The position numbers and the translations under genes are program-made. The notes under the pieces are model-generated. The model was not told the DNA's origin, ran no database searches, and was given only the letters and a program-made list of their open reading frames with translations. 64,000 nt of DNA from a virus. Its lineage: Duplodnaviria; Caudoviricetes. Positions 35,678 to 43,855 of this stretch are shown here, piece by piece. Within the stretch, counting starts at the first letter, position 1. Each line of letters starts with the position of its first letter. The stretch lies in IMG/VR virus record IMGVR_UViG_3300032221_000294, positions 35,521 to 99,520 of that record; one strand, written 5' to 3'.

Positions 35678-36994
35678 TTAATTTAATTCCACTCCGTAAG
35701 TTTCAAGGGCTAAATACTCCTGGCGAACGCACACAACGGGGCTCATCCAGAGGGTCGAGTAACCCTTGACTTGCTCATAAAAGTTAATCAAGTCTTCGTC
35801 GAAAGGTTTTGTTAACCAGTCGGCAATCGGTTTGTACTCCCTGTTGATTATCGGTCGAATGTCTTGAATGTCTAGCAGCTTAGAGTTAAAGTCTACGTCG
35901 ATGTAAGCAAGGTTGCAGTATGTCGCCGGAATTTCCTCCCCTTGAGAGTTAAACACGGTGGTTGGGACAGCTTCTGCAGGGTATATCGATAAGGCGCAGC
36001 GGGTAGCAGGCCCGGCCTGAGGTGTAACCTTTGTGACTACCCCTGAGACTGTTATCGACTGAATTTTCATACTTAACTCTGTGAAGTCGATGCGCCAGCC
36101 TGTTTGTAGACGTGGTGAAACGATGTTGAACTCAAAGTATTGGCTCGTTTGATCTACTGACACGGTTGAGGTTGCTACTTCCGTCACTCCCAGGGAATCG
36201 ACATAACTAAGGGTTGCACTTCCAGAGTAGCTGGTTCCGGAAGGGCAGCGTAAAACAACCGTGGAATAAGCTGATGGAAGAATTGTTTCCGGCGCAATTG
36301 GCGAACTTTGAAAAGTTTCATTACTTTCCCATTGAATAAACGACTCCACCGGTTGAACAAACTCCGGAAAGTACGTATCGCTGTTTGACCAGTAGGTTGT
36401 CGTGTTCAAGAAAGCATTTACTACTGGGTACCGCCAACCAAGGATTCCATCACTACTCGACGTCAAAATGAGCTTGGTGCCCGCCAACGAGAAATCTTTC
36501 ACCTCATAGTAATTCTCGACGGGAGCGTCATCGTACACCAACTGGTACGCCACAAGATAGCGACCGCTACCAAAGTCAAGTTCTTTCAGGTTGAGGATGG
36601 CGGGTGGAACAACGGTGGTCCCGTACTTCCACACAATTTGACCCGCCTTTATGATTAGGTCCTCCGCCGAGTCAGACGCTACTGCTTCCGTAGAAACTGG
36701 GCCAAATATCCCTTCCCCCCACGGAATATACACGTATCCGACATCTTGTGTCCCACCAAGCTGAATGGCAGTGTTTGTCGCAGGTAGTATACTGAAAAAG
36801 TCTGTTTGATAAGTTTCGCTTACAGCCGGCAGTCTCCGATAGATGGGTCTGCCGTCAATAACCCACTCGGTAGGGCGACTCTTTAGGTTTTTTACGTCGA
36901 TATACTGAAGCGAGGGAGTGTTTACACTCCTCCTCTCCGTGGATGTCTGCAGGGTTTGAACCCCCCCGCTAATTGGAACAAGCTGCTGGCTCAT
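35678..36994 (-). CDS. Putative baseplate protein
   Basis: Coupled (ATGA) downstream of the baseplate J-like gene. Confidence 0.6.
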   Translation of the reverse strand: MSQQLVPISGGVQTLQTSTERRSVNTPSLQYIDVKNLKSRPTEWVIDGRPIYRRLPAVSETYQTDFFSILPATNTAIQLGGTQDVGYVYIPWGEGIFGPVSTEAVASDSAEDLIIKAGQIVWKYGTTVVPPAILNLKELDFGSGRYLVAYQLVYDDAPVENYYEVKDFSLAGTKLILTSSSDGILGWRYPVVNAFLNTTTYWSNSDTYFPEFVQPVESFIQWESNETFQSSPIAPETILPSAYSTVVLRCPSGTSYSGSATLSYVDSLGVTEVATSTVSVDQTSQYFEFNIVSPRLQTGWRIDFTELSMKIQSITVSGVVTKVTPQAGPATRCALSIYPAEAVPTTVFNSQGEEIPATYCNLAYIDVDFNSKLLDIQDIRPIINREYKPIADWLTKPFDEDLINFYEQVKGYSTLWMSPVVCVRQEYLALETYGVELN

Positions 36995-39816
36995 AGACCC
37001 ATAGTCCCGTTTCTATAGTTCGGCGGTGCGTAAAGGTAAGTAGTCCCGGTAAACCACGAGAGCTGAGGAGTTTCAGAAGCAGTGGCGGCGTTCTCCCAAA
37101 CATACTTGTAGGACGTCAAAGAGTTGTTAAATCGCTCCTCATTCTTTGGAATTAGAGTGACTTGCGCGATTCCAAGTTTGATTGCGGAAATGTCGCGGCC
37201 GAACTGGGACCTAATTTGCTCATCGCATGAGTACACGTTCACATAACGTAGGAGATTTCCTGCGTACTCTTCGATTCGCGGAGTGTTGACAACAACCGTA
37301 TTTGTCCAGTCTACCACAGTTGGGGGCGGTGAGAAAGCTCTCATGACTCGGTACAAGTTTCGCCCGTCTCCTGAAAGAATGGTGTCTTCCGAGTAAAGGG
37401 CGTAAGACGGGTTGAAGTAAGGAATGTAGGGAAGTGTTAAGAACCCTTCCTCTGTGAATTCAGCGGTAGGTACGAATACCCCGTTCTCTACGTAAACAGA
37501 GAAGTCAAATAGAGGGCTCACGTTTGTTGTAGCCGTATAAGACAGAACGGTACTGCCCTGCCTAAAGATCGTTGTATCGCCCTCAAAGAACCGGAACATT
37601 CGTGTGGGTTTGGTTACAGTGCCGTTGAAGAGTTCTTCCGTGAGTTGAAGGTTTTGCTGGGTAGTGTAGGCAAGAGGAATAACCAACGCCTGGTCTATTA
37701 AGTCGTTGATCAATGTGCTACCAGGTGTAAAAAATTCCGTGGCAATGAAGTATTGTGGGCTTGACACACTTGTCTCCCTGTATTCAAGGTAAGTGCCGAC
37801 GGGGAACCTTGGCCTGTACTTGAAAATCGGTAACCCATTGTCCGCGTTCTGAACAATTATTTCCTTTATGATTCCAAGCTCCACCAGTTGGTCAAAATAG
37901 TTTTTGGTGGAAAGACCGTTCGGCTCGTATATAAAGCCCTGTAAAACATATGCAAATTTGTTTACCGCCCCCTTTGTCGGGTCAACATAGTTGTAGTACG
38001 GGTCAGAAACAGCATTTGGGCCCGGACCAATTTGAGGCGTAGCTACCCACTGCCCCGAGATACAAGAAATACCGGGTGTCAGGGTTAAAGGGGTGACTCC
38101 CGAGCCAAGTAAACCAGCCGACAATGCACTGGTTACATTGTTTGAAGCTTGCCCTAGAGTGAAATCTTGAGAAACAACCCAAGCCAGTGCGCCAGGGCGC
38201 TTTTCGAGGGGTATTGAAGAAGCTGAGTCCGGAATAAACTGACCGTCGCCTGGGACGTAGTCGTATTGAACAATTTCAGGGTTGTATACGCTGCTCTGAG
38301 TAATGGTGTAACTGTTTCCTACTGTCCAGGTTGAGTAAATTTTTGGTCCGGAAATTTTTCCTTCTGCTATCAAAACAGGAATTTCAATTTTGGACCCGAT
38401 GTCTAAATTGTCTAAAATAACGTGGAGCTCTCCGTCCCCCCCGTCGTTCGGGTTCCAATAAACGATGTCGCTTTGAAGATAATTCCCTGCCTGGAGAAGC
38501 TGAATCTGCTTCATCTTCAAGTTTCCGTAAAGTGTTTGATCTCCTTTATCATCCGAGTAAGGAGTGAAAGACGACAACACCCGGTAGTAAGTCTTGGACG
38601 GAATAGTTTGAAGAACTAAATCGTTCTGGCTAAGCAATTGCTCAGACGGCTCAAACGTGTACACTTGCGTGTAAAGAGCTGCGGAAGCCGTAAGTTGAGG
38701 AGGTGTGTTGAACGCTTTTGCCGAGAAGATTCGTGGGTTTACATACCGGTCAGGAGCGTCAAAAGTTAGGTTGAAGGCGGAGTCAACATCACTAACACTG
38801 GGGTCAGTATAAGCTGGAAAAACGTTCCCAGGCTGTAAGATATCAAACAGTCGATTTCGAAAGTTTAACGAAGAATTGCGAAGATTCACCCCGTATGAGC
38901 TATTAGCATCAACTTCAAGAGTAATGTCGTATTGAACTTGACTGAGCGTAAGAGGGTACAGATGCCCTGTCACTCCAACCGGCACTGAAAAGTTGACAAC
39001 GTTTTGACCTCTGCTCAACTGCTCGTCCGTCAACTCCACACCGTCTGGTCCGAGGACGAAGAAAGAAACTTGACCACTCGGCAGAACGTAGTTGGTTAAA
39101 TAATTGTAAGAATACTCGGAGCCTCTGTTAGGTTGGACGGAGGTTTGAGTACCGATTCCGTAAAAGTCTATGAAGAAATCTTGCCAATCTTGGCTGCTAA
39201 CCGGATTCTTCCTACGAATAAGGGTGAAGAAACGTTCTTGAACTTCCTGATATGTTTCTACGTCCGACCCGCCAGTCGCCGGTTGAGGGTTAGTGGCCGA
39301 TAACCCAACTACATTTACGGCCGAGGAGCCGACTATAGAGTTGGCAGGAACATTGTTCAGGATTCCAACGAACTCAGAATAAACGGAGACGTACAGAACA
39401 GTCTCCCCTGGAGGGAAAGTGTGTGCCTCAGTTGTCACAAAGTTGAAAACTTGACCACCCGTAATATTCGGGTTAGTGGTGAAAACAGAGCCAGACGGGA
39501 CAGTAACCGGTACGTTCGACGGAGGTATTGTCAACACAAGACGTGCGATTGAAGCCGTCCCCAGGCGACGCATAGCGCCCAGGAAAGGTCCAATCCATTC
39601 GATAAGTAATTTCTGTGGAAGCTGATTTAACCAGAAGAGGAATTCACCCTGCGCAAAAACCTGCCCTTCAAGCAAGGCTGCCAAAGGGTTTCCCGCACTA
39701 AAATCGTTAAGAGTCTGGTTAGACGCAAAGTAGACTCTCTGGGAAGCTGCTTGAACAAGTTGAGCCTCGTTTCTAGGGTCAATAGAAACAGAGGGTAGCG
39801 GAGCGTATCTAGGCAC
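36991..39816 (-). CDS. Baseplate J-like wedge protein with long C-terminal extension
   Basis: IDPRNEAQLV...LNDFSAGNP..ALLE, ATNPQPATGGSDVET...R, VSSQDW. Confidence 0.85.
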   Translation of the reverse strand: MPRYAPLPSVSIDPRNEAQLVQAASQRVYFASNQTLNDFSAGNPLAALLEGQVFAQGEFLFWLNQLPQKLLIEWIGPFLGAMRRLGTASIARLVLTIPPSNVPVTVPSGSVFTTNPNITGGQVFNFVTTEAHTFPPGETVLYVSVYSEFVGILNNVPANSIVGSSAVNVVGLSATNPQPATGGSDVETYQEVQERFFTLIRRKNPVSSQDWQDFFIDFYGIGTQTSVQPNRGSEYSYNYLTNYVLPSGQVSFFVLGPDGVELTDEQLSRGQNVVNFSVPVGVTGHLYPLTLSQVQYDITLEVDANSSYGVNLRNSSLNFRNRLFDILQPGNVFPAYTDPSVSDVDSAFNLTFDAPDRYVNPRIFSAKAFNTPPQLTASAALYTQVYTFEPSEQLLSQNDLVLQTIPSKTYYRVLSSFTPYSDDKGDQTLYGNLKMKQIQLLQAGNYLQSDIVYWNPNDGGDGELHVILDNLDIGSKIEIPVLIAEGKISGPKIYSTWTVGNSYTITQSSVYNPEIVQYDYVPGDGQFIPDSASSIPLEKRPGALAWVVSQDFTLGQASNNVTSALSAGLLGSGVTPLTLTPGISCISGQWVATPQIGPGPNAVSDPYYNYVDPTKGAVNKFAYVLQGFIYEPNGLSTKNYFDQLVELGIIKEIIVQNADNGLPIFKYRPRFPVGTYLEYRETSVSSPQYFIATEFFTPGSTLINDLIDQALVIPLAYTTQQNLQLTEELFNGTVTKPTRMFRFFEGDTTIFRQGSTVLSYTATTNVSPLFDFSVYVENGVFVPTAEFTEEGFLTLPYIPYFNPSYALYSEDTILSGDGRNLYRVMRAFSPPPTVVDWTNTVVVNTPRIEEYAGNLLRYVNVYSCDEQIRSQFGRDISAIKLGIAQVTLIPKNEERFNNSLTSYKYVWENAATASETPQLSWFTGTTYLYAPPNYRNGTMGL

Positions 39817-39828
39817 GGGGGAATCTCC

Positions 39829-40386
39829 TTAAAGCGGGCAAACTGTTACGGTATTTCCTGCGCCTACGGAATAGTTTTTACAATCGGTGTCTGCTTCTGA
39901 GTAGTAAACCCCGTTATCAATAACCAACTGCTCCAGTAAATCGTCGATTTGATCTTTTATAACTAGCTTGGTTATCAAGTCCTCGTTATCTAGACCTGCA
40001 AATTTCTGAGGGATTGTCGGAGAAGGGTAACCAGCAGGATTGTTATATTTATCGTTCGTCGTGTAACTCTTAGGAGCGTTTTCGTTGATGTTGGCTGGGT
40101 TACTGAGGCCGGGGTCTGAATCGTAACCGAAATTCCACACACCTGTGACAACTTTGGAGCCGGAGATAGCAATTCCACTAATCAGCTGACCTCCTTCAAC
40201 GTTTGGCTGAGGCGTTGTTAGAGTGATAAACCTGGAGTCTAAGCCATTTGGGCCCGCTGTTATGAGGGAATTCAGACCAAGCGGGGAGTAATGCCAGTCA
40301 AGGTCTTGGCCGTCAAATGAAATTTGCTTAGCGCCATTTAGCCACTGGCTTGTAACGATGACACCACTAGAAAAAGTTGTCTTCAT
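39829..40386 (-). CDS. Putative tail/baseplate protein
   Basis: KTTFSSGVIVTSQWLN motif of fibre N-termini; GGGTAAAA upstream. Confidence 0.55.
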   Translation of the reverse strand: MKTTFSSGVIVTSQWLNGAKQISFDGQDLDWHYSPLGLNSLITAGPNGLDSRFITLTTPQPNVEGGQLISGIAISGSKVVTGVWNFGYDSDPGLSNPANINENAPKSYTTNDKYNNPAGYPSPTIPQKFAGLDNEDLITKLVIKDQIDDLLEQLVIDNGVYYSEADTDCKNYSVGAGNTVTVCPL

Positions 40387-40423
40387 GAATCCCTACGGAT
40401 TACCTTCTTACACTGGTTTTACC

Positions 40424-40936
40424 CTACTTTGCCTTGCACCTTATACCTCTAAGGTGTTTCGTAAGATTGCCAACATTCATGAGCATGCCACATTGAGGGC
40501 ATGGTTGTTTTTTGGCGTTGGTTGCGGATACGGCCCGAGACTGAGCGGCTTTTTTGTGGGCGGGCTGGGCCTTGGCGCTTTTGGCAGATTCGCTCATCTT
40601 TTGACGAACTTCTTTGCTCCACCGCCCGCCATCAAAAAATACTCGGGATGCTTCAAAGTTTTTACGGGAGGAGGTTTGAGAACATCCTATTTTGTTGCTC
40701 TCCTCCCACCACTCCCTGCCACCAAACTCGCAGACAAGCCACTCACCCTCTATGAGAAACTCTCCAATCTCTCCAAAAGTGACGGGTGCATGATAGTCAT
40801 TTGCCCGGTAGGGGACAAACCTGTTTGTCTTTCGTTTGTTGTAACTCTCGTCTGCGATGATAAGGTTTTCTCGTACATTAAGCCCGCTAACTAAAACCCC
40901 CCTTTCGGGGTCGATATGCTCTAGAGTAAAAGACAT
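40424..40936 (-). mobile_element. Free-standing HNH homing endonuclease with NUMOD3-like motif
   Basis: TLEHIDP..SGL..NL...N.RK.N (HNH), WSKEVRQKMSESAK (NUMOD3-like), C-terminal CPQC...HL zinc finger. Confidence 0.7.
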
Positions 40937-40969
40937 AAAAAAGCCCTCAAAAGGTTTACTTCTGAGGGC
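40937..40969 (-). terminator. Intrinsic terminator after the tail tube gene
   Basis: Minus-strand GCCCTCAGAAG-loop-CTTTTGAGGGC followed by TTTTTT. Confidence 0.75.
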
Positions 40970-41008
40970 ATTATAGTGAATGTAACTAATGGGTAAACTA
41001 GGTGAAAC

Positions 41009-41452
41009 CTATGTTCTCTCCCAGTAGTTTACCGTAAAGGCACACTCAATCGTCTGAACGTTTCCGCTCTCACGGTCAACATCAGCAGTTGTAACTGACT
41101 TGTACTGACAGCCGTAAAGAACGTATTGGCCGCCTGCAGGAGCAGAACCAGCGCCGACACAATCTTTAGGGGTCACTGTAACTGTGATTTCCTCGCAGTT
41201 ATACGAAAGCCAGAATTGTTCGAGTTGTTTGAAGATGGTAGGGTCGTACGGGGCCTCTAACGTTACGTCGTCTGCGGTTCTTGGTCCGATGACGTGATAC
41301 AGTCTGTTGCCAGATCCGTTGGCGTACCGACTGTCCTCGGCTGAATCCTTGATACCGCTGAACTTAGTGAACACCGCTGTAAAAGTGGGTCCACCAAGAG
41401 CTGTGAATGAAACTTCGTACTGAGACTTGGTAATTGGTCTTAAAATAGCCAT
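41009..41452 (-). CDS. Tail tube protein
   Basis: FTKFSGIKD...G...GPRT.DDVTLE.PYD...YVLYGC...DVDRESG; strong AAGGAGGTG SD. Confidence 0.8.
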   Translation of the reverse strand: MAILRPITKSQYEVSFTALGGPTFTAVFTKFSGIKDSAEDSRYANGSGNRLYHVIGPRTADDVTLEAPYDPTIFKQLEQFWLSYNCEEITVTVTPKDCVGAGSAPAGGQYVLYGCQYKSVTTADVDRESGNVQTIECAFTVNYWERT

Positions 41453-41480
41453 GATGACACCTCCTTATGTATTTCTTGGA

Positions 41481-42533
41481 TCAACCAAGAATGTTGGAGA
41501 TCATCGCGCCAGAACCGATAAGACCAGTGGCACCAAGACCAACCAGGTTAACAACACGCTCAACAGTGATTTCAGCACGAACCACGCGGCGCTCACGAAT
41601 GTAGTACTCGGGGCGAACAGCAGGGGTGCCGGTCAGTTGATAGGTGTAAGCGAAAGCAGGGGTAGCAGCGTTAGCGCCACCAGCAGGCATTACGCTGTCT
41701 GAAGGACCATTGGGGCTGTAGAACAGCAGGATTCCGTTTGAAGGGAATACAGGCTGCAGGGTGCCATCGGTGGCGAGATAACGGCCCTCAGCAACGCGCA
41801 GACCACGCTCAAGACCGAAGTAACGGGCAAGAAGGTCTGTGTCGATTGAATCGGCAGTGGTGTACTTGATACGCTCAAGGATAGCCTGGTTGGTCAGCAG
41901 TTGATCAAATACGGCAGTTCCCAGAACCATGGAGTTCGGGCGAATACCAATCTGGTTGGCAACTGAACGCTTCAGGGTCAGAACGTCTTCGATCGGGTTG
42001 GAAGTCAGTGAAGACCAAGCCGAAGGGCCAGCTGCAGAAGTGTAGCTAGCGGCAAAGTTTGTCCAGCTGGTGAAACCAAGACCGGTTTGAGTAGCAGCGC
42101 CAGCGCTGGGCTCGTAAGGGTTGTAACCAGCAGTTACAGTCACAGCCTGGCTTACGGTGTACTCGTAAGCATTCATCAGGCGGGACATGGCGTTGCGTGT
42201 TTCAATCGCACGCAGGTCAACTTGCGCAGGACCTTCGCCAGCGTTCTCGATGACTTCTTCGGGCAGTTCCCAAGCCACGACTTCTTGCTCAAGCGCATAA
42301 GGCTCGGCGTCGTAACGGCTTTGAACGAACGGAATGTTGGTTCCGTATGCACGACGGAAATCGTTGATGGCGAACTGCTCTTTGCCGAAGCGCAGAATGC
42401 GGCCAGCACGAGTCGGGGTGTCAACAACAGGGGCAATAAAGTTGGCGATATTAGTCGCCGGAAGCATGAAACCTTGTGCGAGCGTAGTCAGAATCGGATC
42501 TACGCCAGCATAGGTTTGCTGGAGGTTCATCAT
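41481..42533 (-). CDS. Major capsid protein
   Basis: VDPILTTLAQGF...IAPVV...FGKEQF..RRAYG; IGIRPNSMVLG..VF..L..N..ILERIKYT. Confidence 0.9.
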   Translation of the reverse strand: MMNLQQTYAGVDPILTTLAQGFMLPATNIANFIAPVVDTPTRAGRILRFGKEQFAINDFRRAYGTNIPFVQSRYDAEPYALEQEVVAWELPEEVIENAGEGPAQVDLRAIETRNAMSRLMNAYEYTVSQAVTVTAGYNPYEPSAGAATQTGLGFTSWTNFAASYTSAAGPSAWSSLTSNPIEDVLTLKRSVANQIGIRPNSMVLGTAVFDQLLTNQAILERIKYTTADSIDTDLLARYFGLERGLRVAEGRYLATDGTLQPVFPSNGILLFYSPNGPSDSVMPAGGANAATPAFAYTYQLTGTPAVRPEYYIRERRVVRAEITVERVVNLVGLGATGLIGSGAMISNILG

Positions 42534-42626
42534 GGGAGGGAGGCTCCTAAATAATTAAACGACTTCAAATGGTTTGAAACCACAGTTGGGACTTACACCC
42601 GGAGGATGCCCAACTGAGTTTAGTTA

Positions 42627-43106
42627 TCAGGCGAAGCTGACAAGAGCGAACTTGCGACCGCCGATTCCGATTTGCTCGCGAATCAGAGGAGTGGTGCCGT
42701 CCAGGGTGACGGGGGTGCCGTCGCCAACGCCAACAGCTTGACCCAGATCGTTAATTTCGAGTTGGGTGTTGAGGGTCAGATCGGTTAGAGTTGCAGCAGG
42801 AGCAACTTCAACCAACAGAAGACCGGAAGTAGCAACGGTCAGCTGACGAGCGGTGTAAGGCTGAGCCAGAGCGGTAGGCATATAAGCCTGGTTGATACCA
42901 ACGATGGTGTCTACGCCGCCGGGGGTAGTGAAAGCATCTGGGGCAGCAGCGAAGTTAGGGCCAGCCCAGGTAGCGTAAGAAACGGCGCGGAATTCGCCGA
43001 TTTCAACAACACCGGGATCGCCATCTTGATTGTCAGCAGGAGCTTCGAAAGTTTCTGCGTAACGGATGTACTGGCGGCCATATACGGGACCTGCGTTTGT
43101 AGCCAT
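42627..43106 (-). CDS. Capsid cement/decoration protein (DUF2190-like)
   Basis: TVATSGLLLVE...INDLGQAV; lies between the scaffold module and the capsid gene. Confidence 0.65.
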   Translation of the reverse strand: MATNAGPVYGRQYIRYAETFEAPADNQDGDPGVVEIGEFRAVSYATWAGPNFAAAPDAFTTPGGVDTIVGINQAYMPTALAQPYTARQLTVATSGLLLVEVAPAATLTDLTLNTQLEINDLGQAVGVGDGTPVTLDGTTPLIREQIGIGGRKFALVSFA

Positions 43107-43193
43107 GTTAATGTCTCTTAATAATAGGACTTCAATGTTTTTTGTTTGCTCTGGGGCTTGTTTTTAACCCAGTTAAACTGAATGGTTTTACCC

Positions 43194-43847
43194 TTATCGG
43201 TAGTCGATGCTACACCGGCAACGGTCGTAGCATTGACATTCTTTGCCTGGCATAGGGAGGGTACCCATCGGTTGCCAGCCAAGTCGGCCAAACATAACGC
43301 AATCAGGGCAAGTTCGTGAGTCGAGTTTTGGAACTCGCATCATTTCCTGGTATCCCTGATCTTGTCGAACGTAGTACTGGCCGAGATTGAAGAAAGAGTA
43401 TGAAGGGTTAGCTAAGTAACGAACAACACGAACCAGCAACCCAGGCCAACTCTTAACTTCGCTGAAATCTTGTGTCTTGTCGCCCAACAGAATTCCTCCG
43501 TTGTCGAGTGCGTCTTTTGTTTCAACCAAAAATTCTTGAAGCGGAGGGAGCATTTCGCCGACGATTGTGGGCCATGCCCGCTCCATCTTGCCACGAGGGT
43601 TGATATCTTCGGCGCCGAGGTTGACAGCGGCAAGCGCAGAGATGAGAGTTTTGTCGAGTAACGACCTCTCGTACTCATCCCACCTCATTTGCTTATCTCG
43701 AAGACCTTTCACCAAAACTTTCGACTCCTGAGTCATGCGCTCTTCAAGCTCGGCTTGAGAATTCACTTTCTTTCGAAGAGCCTCGGCTTGGGTGAAGTAA
43801 TCTCCCCTCCGTTTCGTGGCCATGCCAATCAGAGAGAGGAGATCCAT
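43194..43847 (-). CDS. Head morphogenesis protein (MuF/SPP1 gp7-like, no toxin extension)
   Basis: DSRTCPDC...GWQP.G.LP.PG.ECQCYDRCRC. Confidence 0.75.
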   Translation of the reverse strand: MDLLSLIGMATKRRGDYFTQAEALRKKVNSQAELEERMTQESKVLVKGLRDKQMRWDEYERSLLDKTLISALAAVNLGAEDINPRGKMERAWPTIVGEMLPPLQEFLVETKDALDNGGILLGDKTQDFSEVKSWPGLLVRVVRYLANPSYSFFNLGQYYVRQDQGYQEMMRVPKLDSRTCPDCVMFGRLGWQPMGTLPMPGKECQCYDRCRCSIDYR

Positions 43848-43855
43848 TTCAAACC

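Noticed and set aside
40387-41008. Group I intron around the HNH gene
   Set aside because: Both flanking genes appear complete and there is too little non-coding sequence for a ribozyme core
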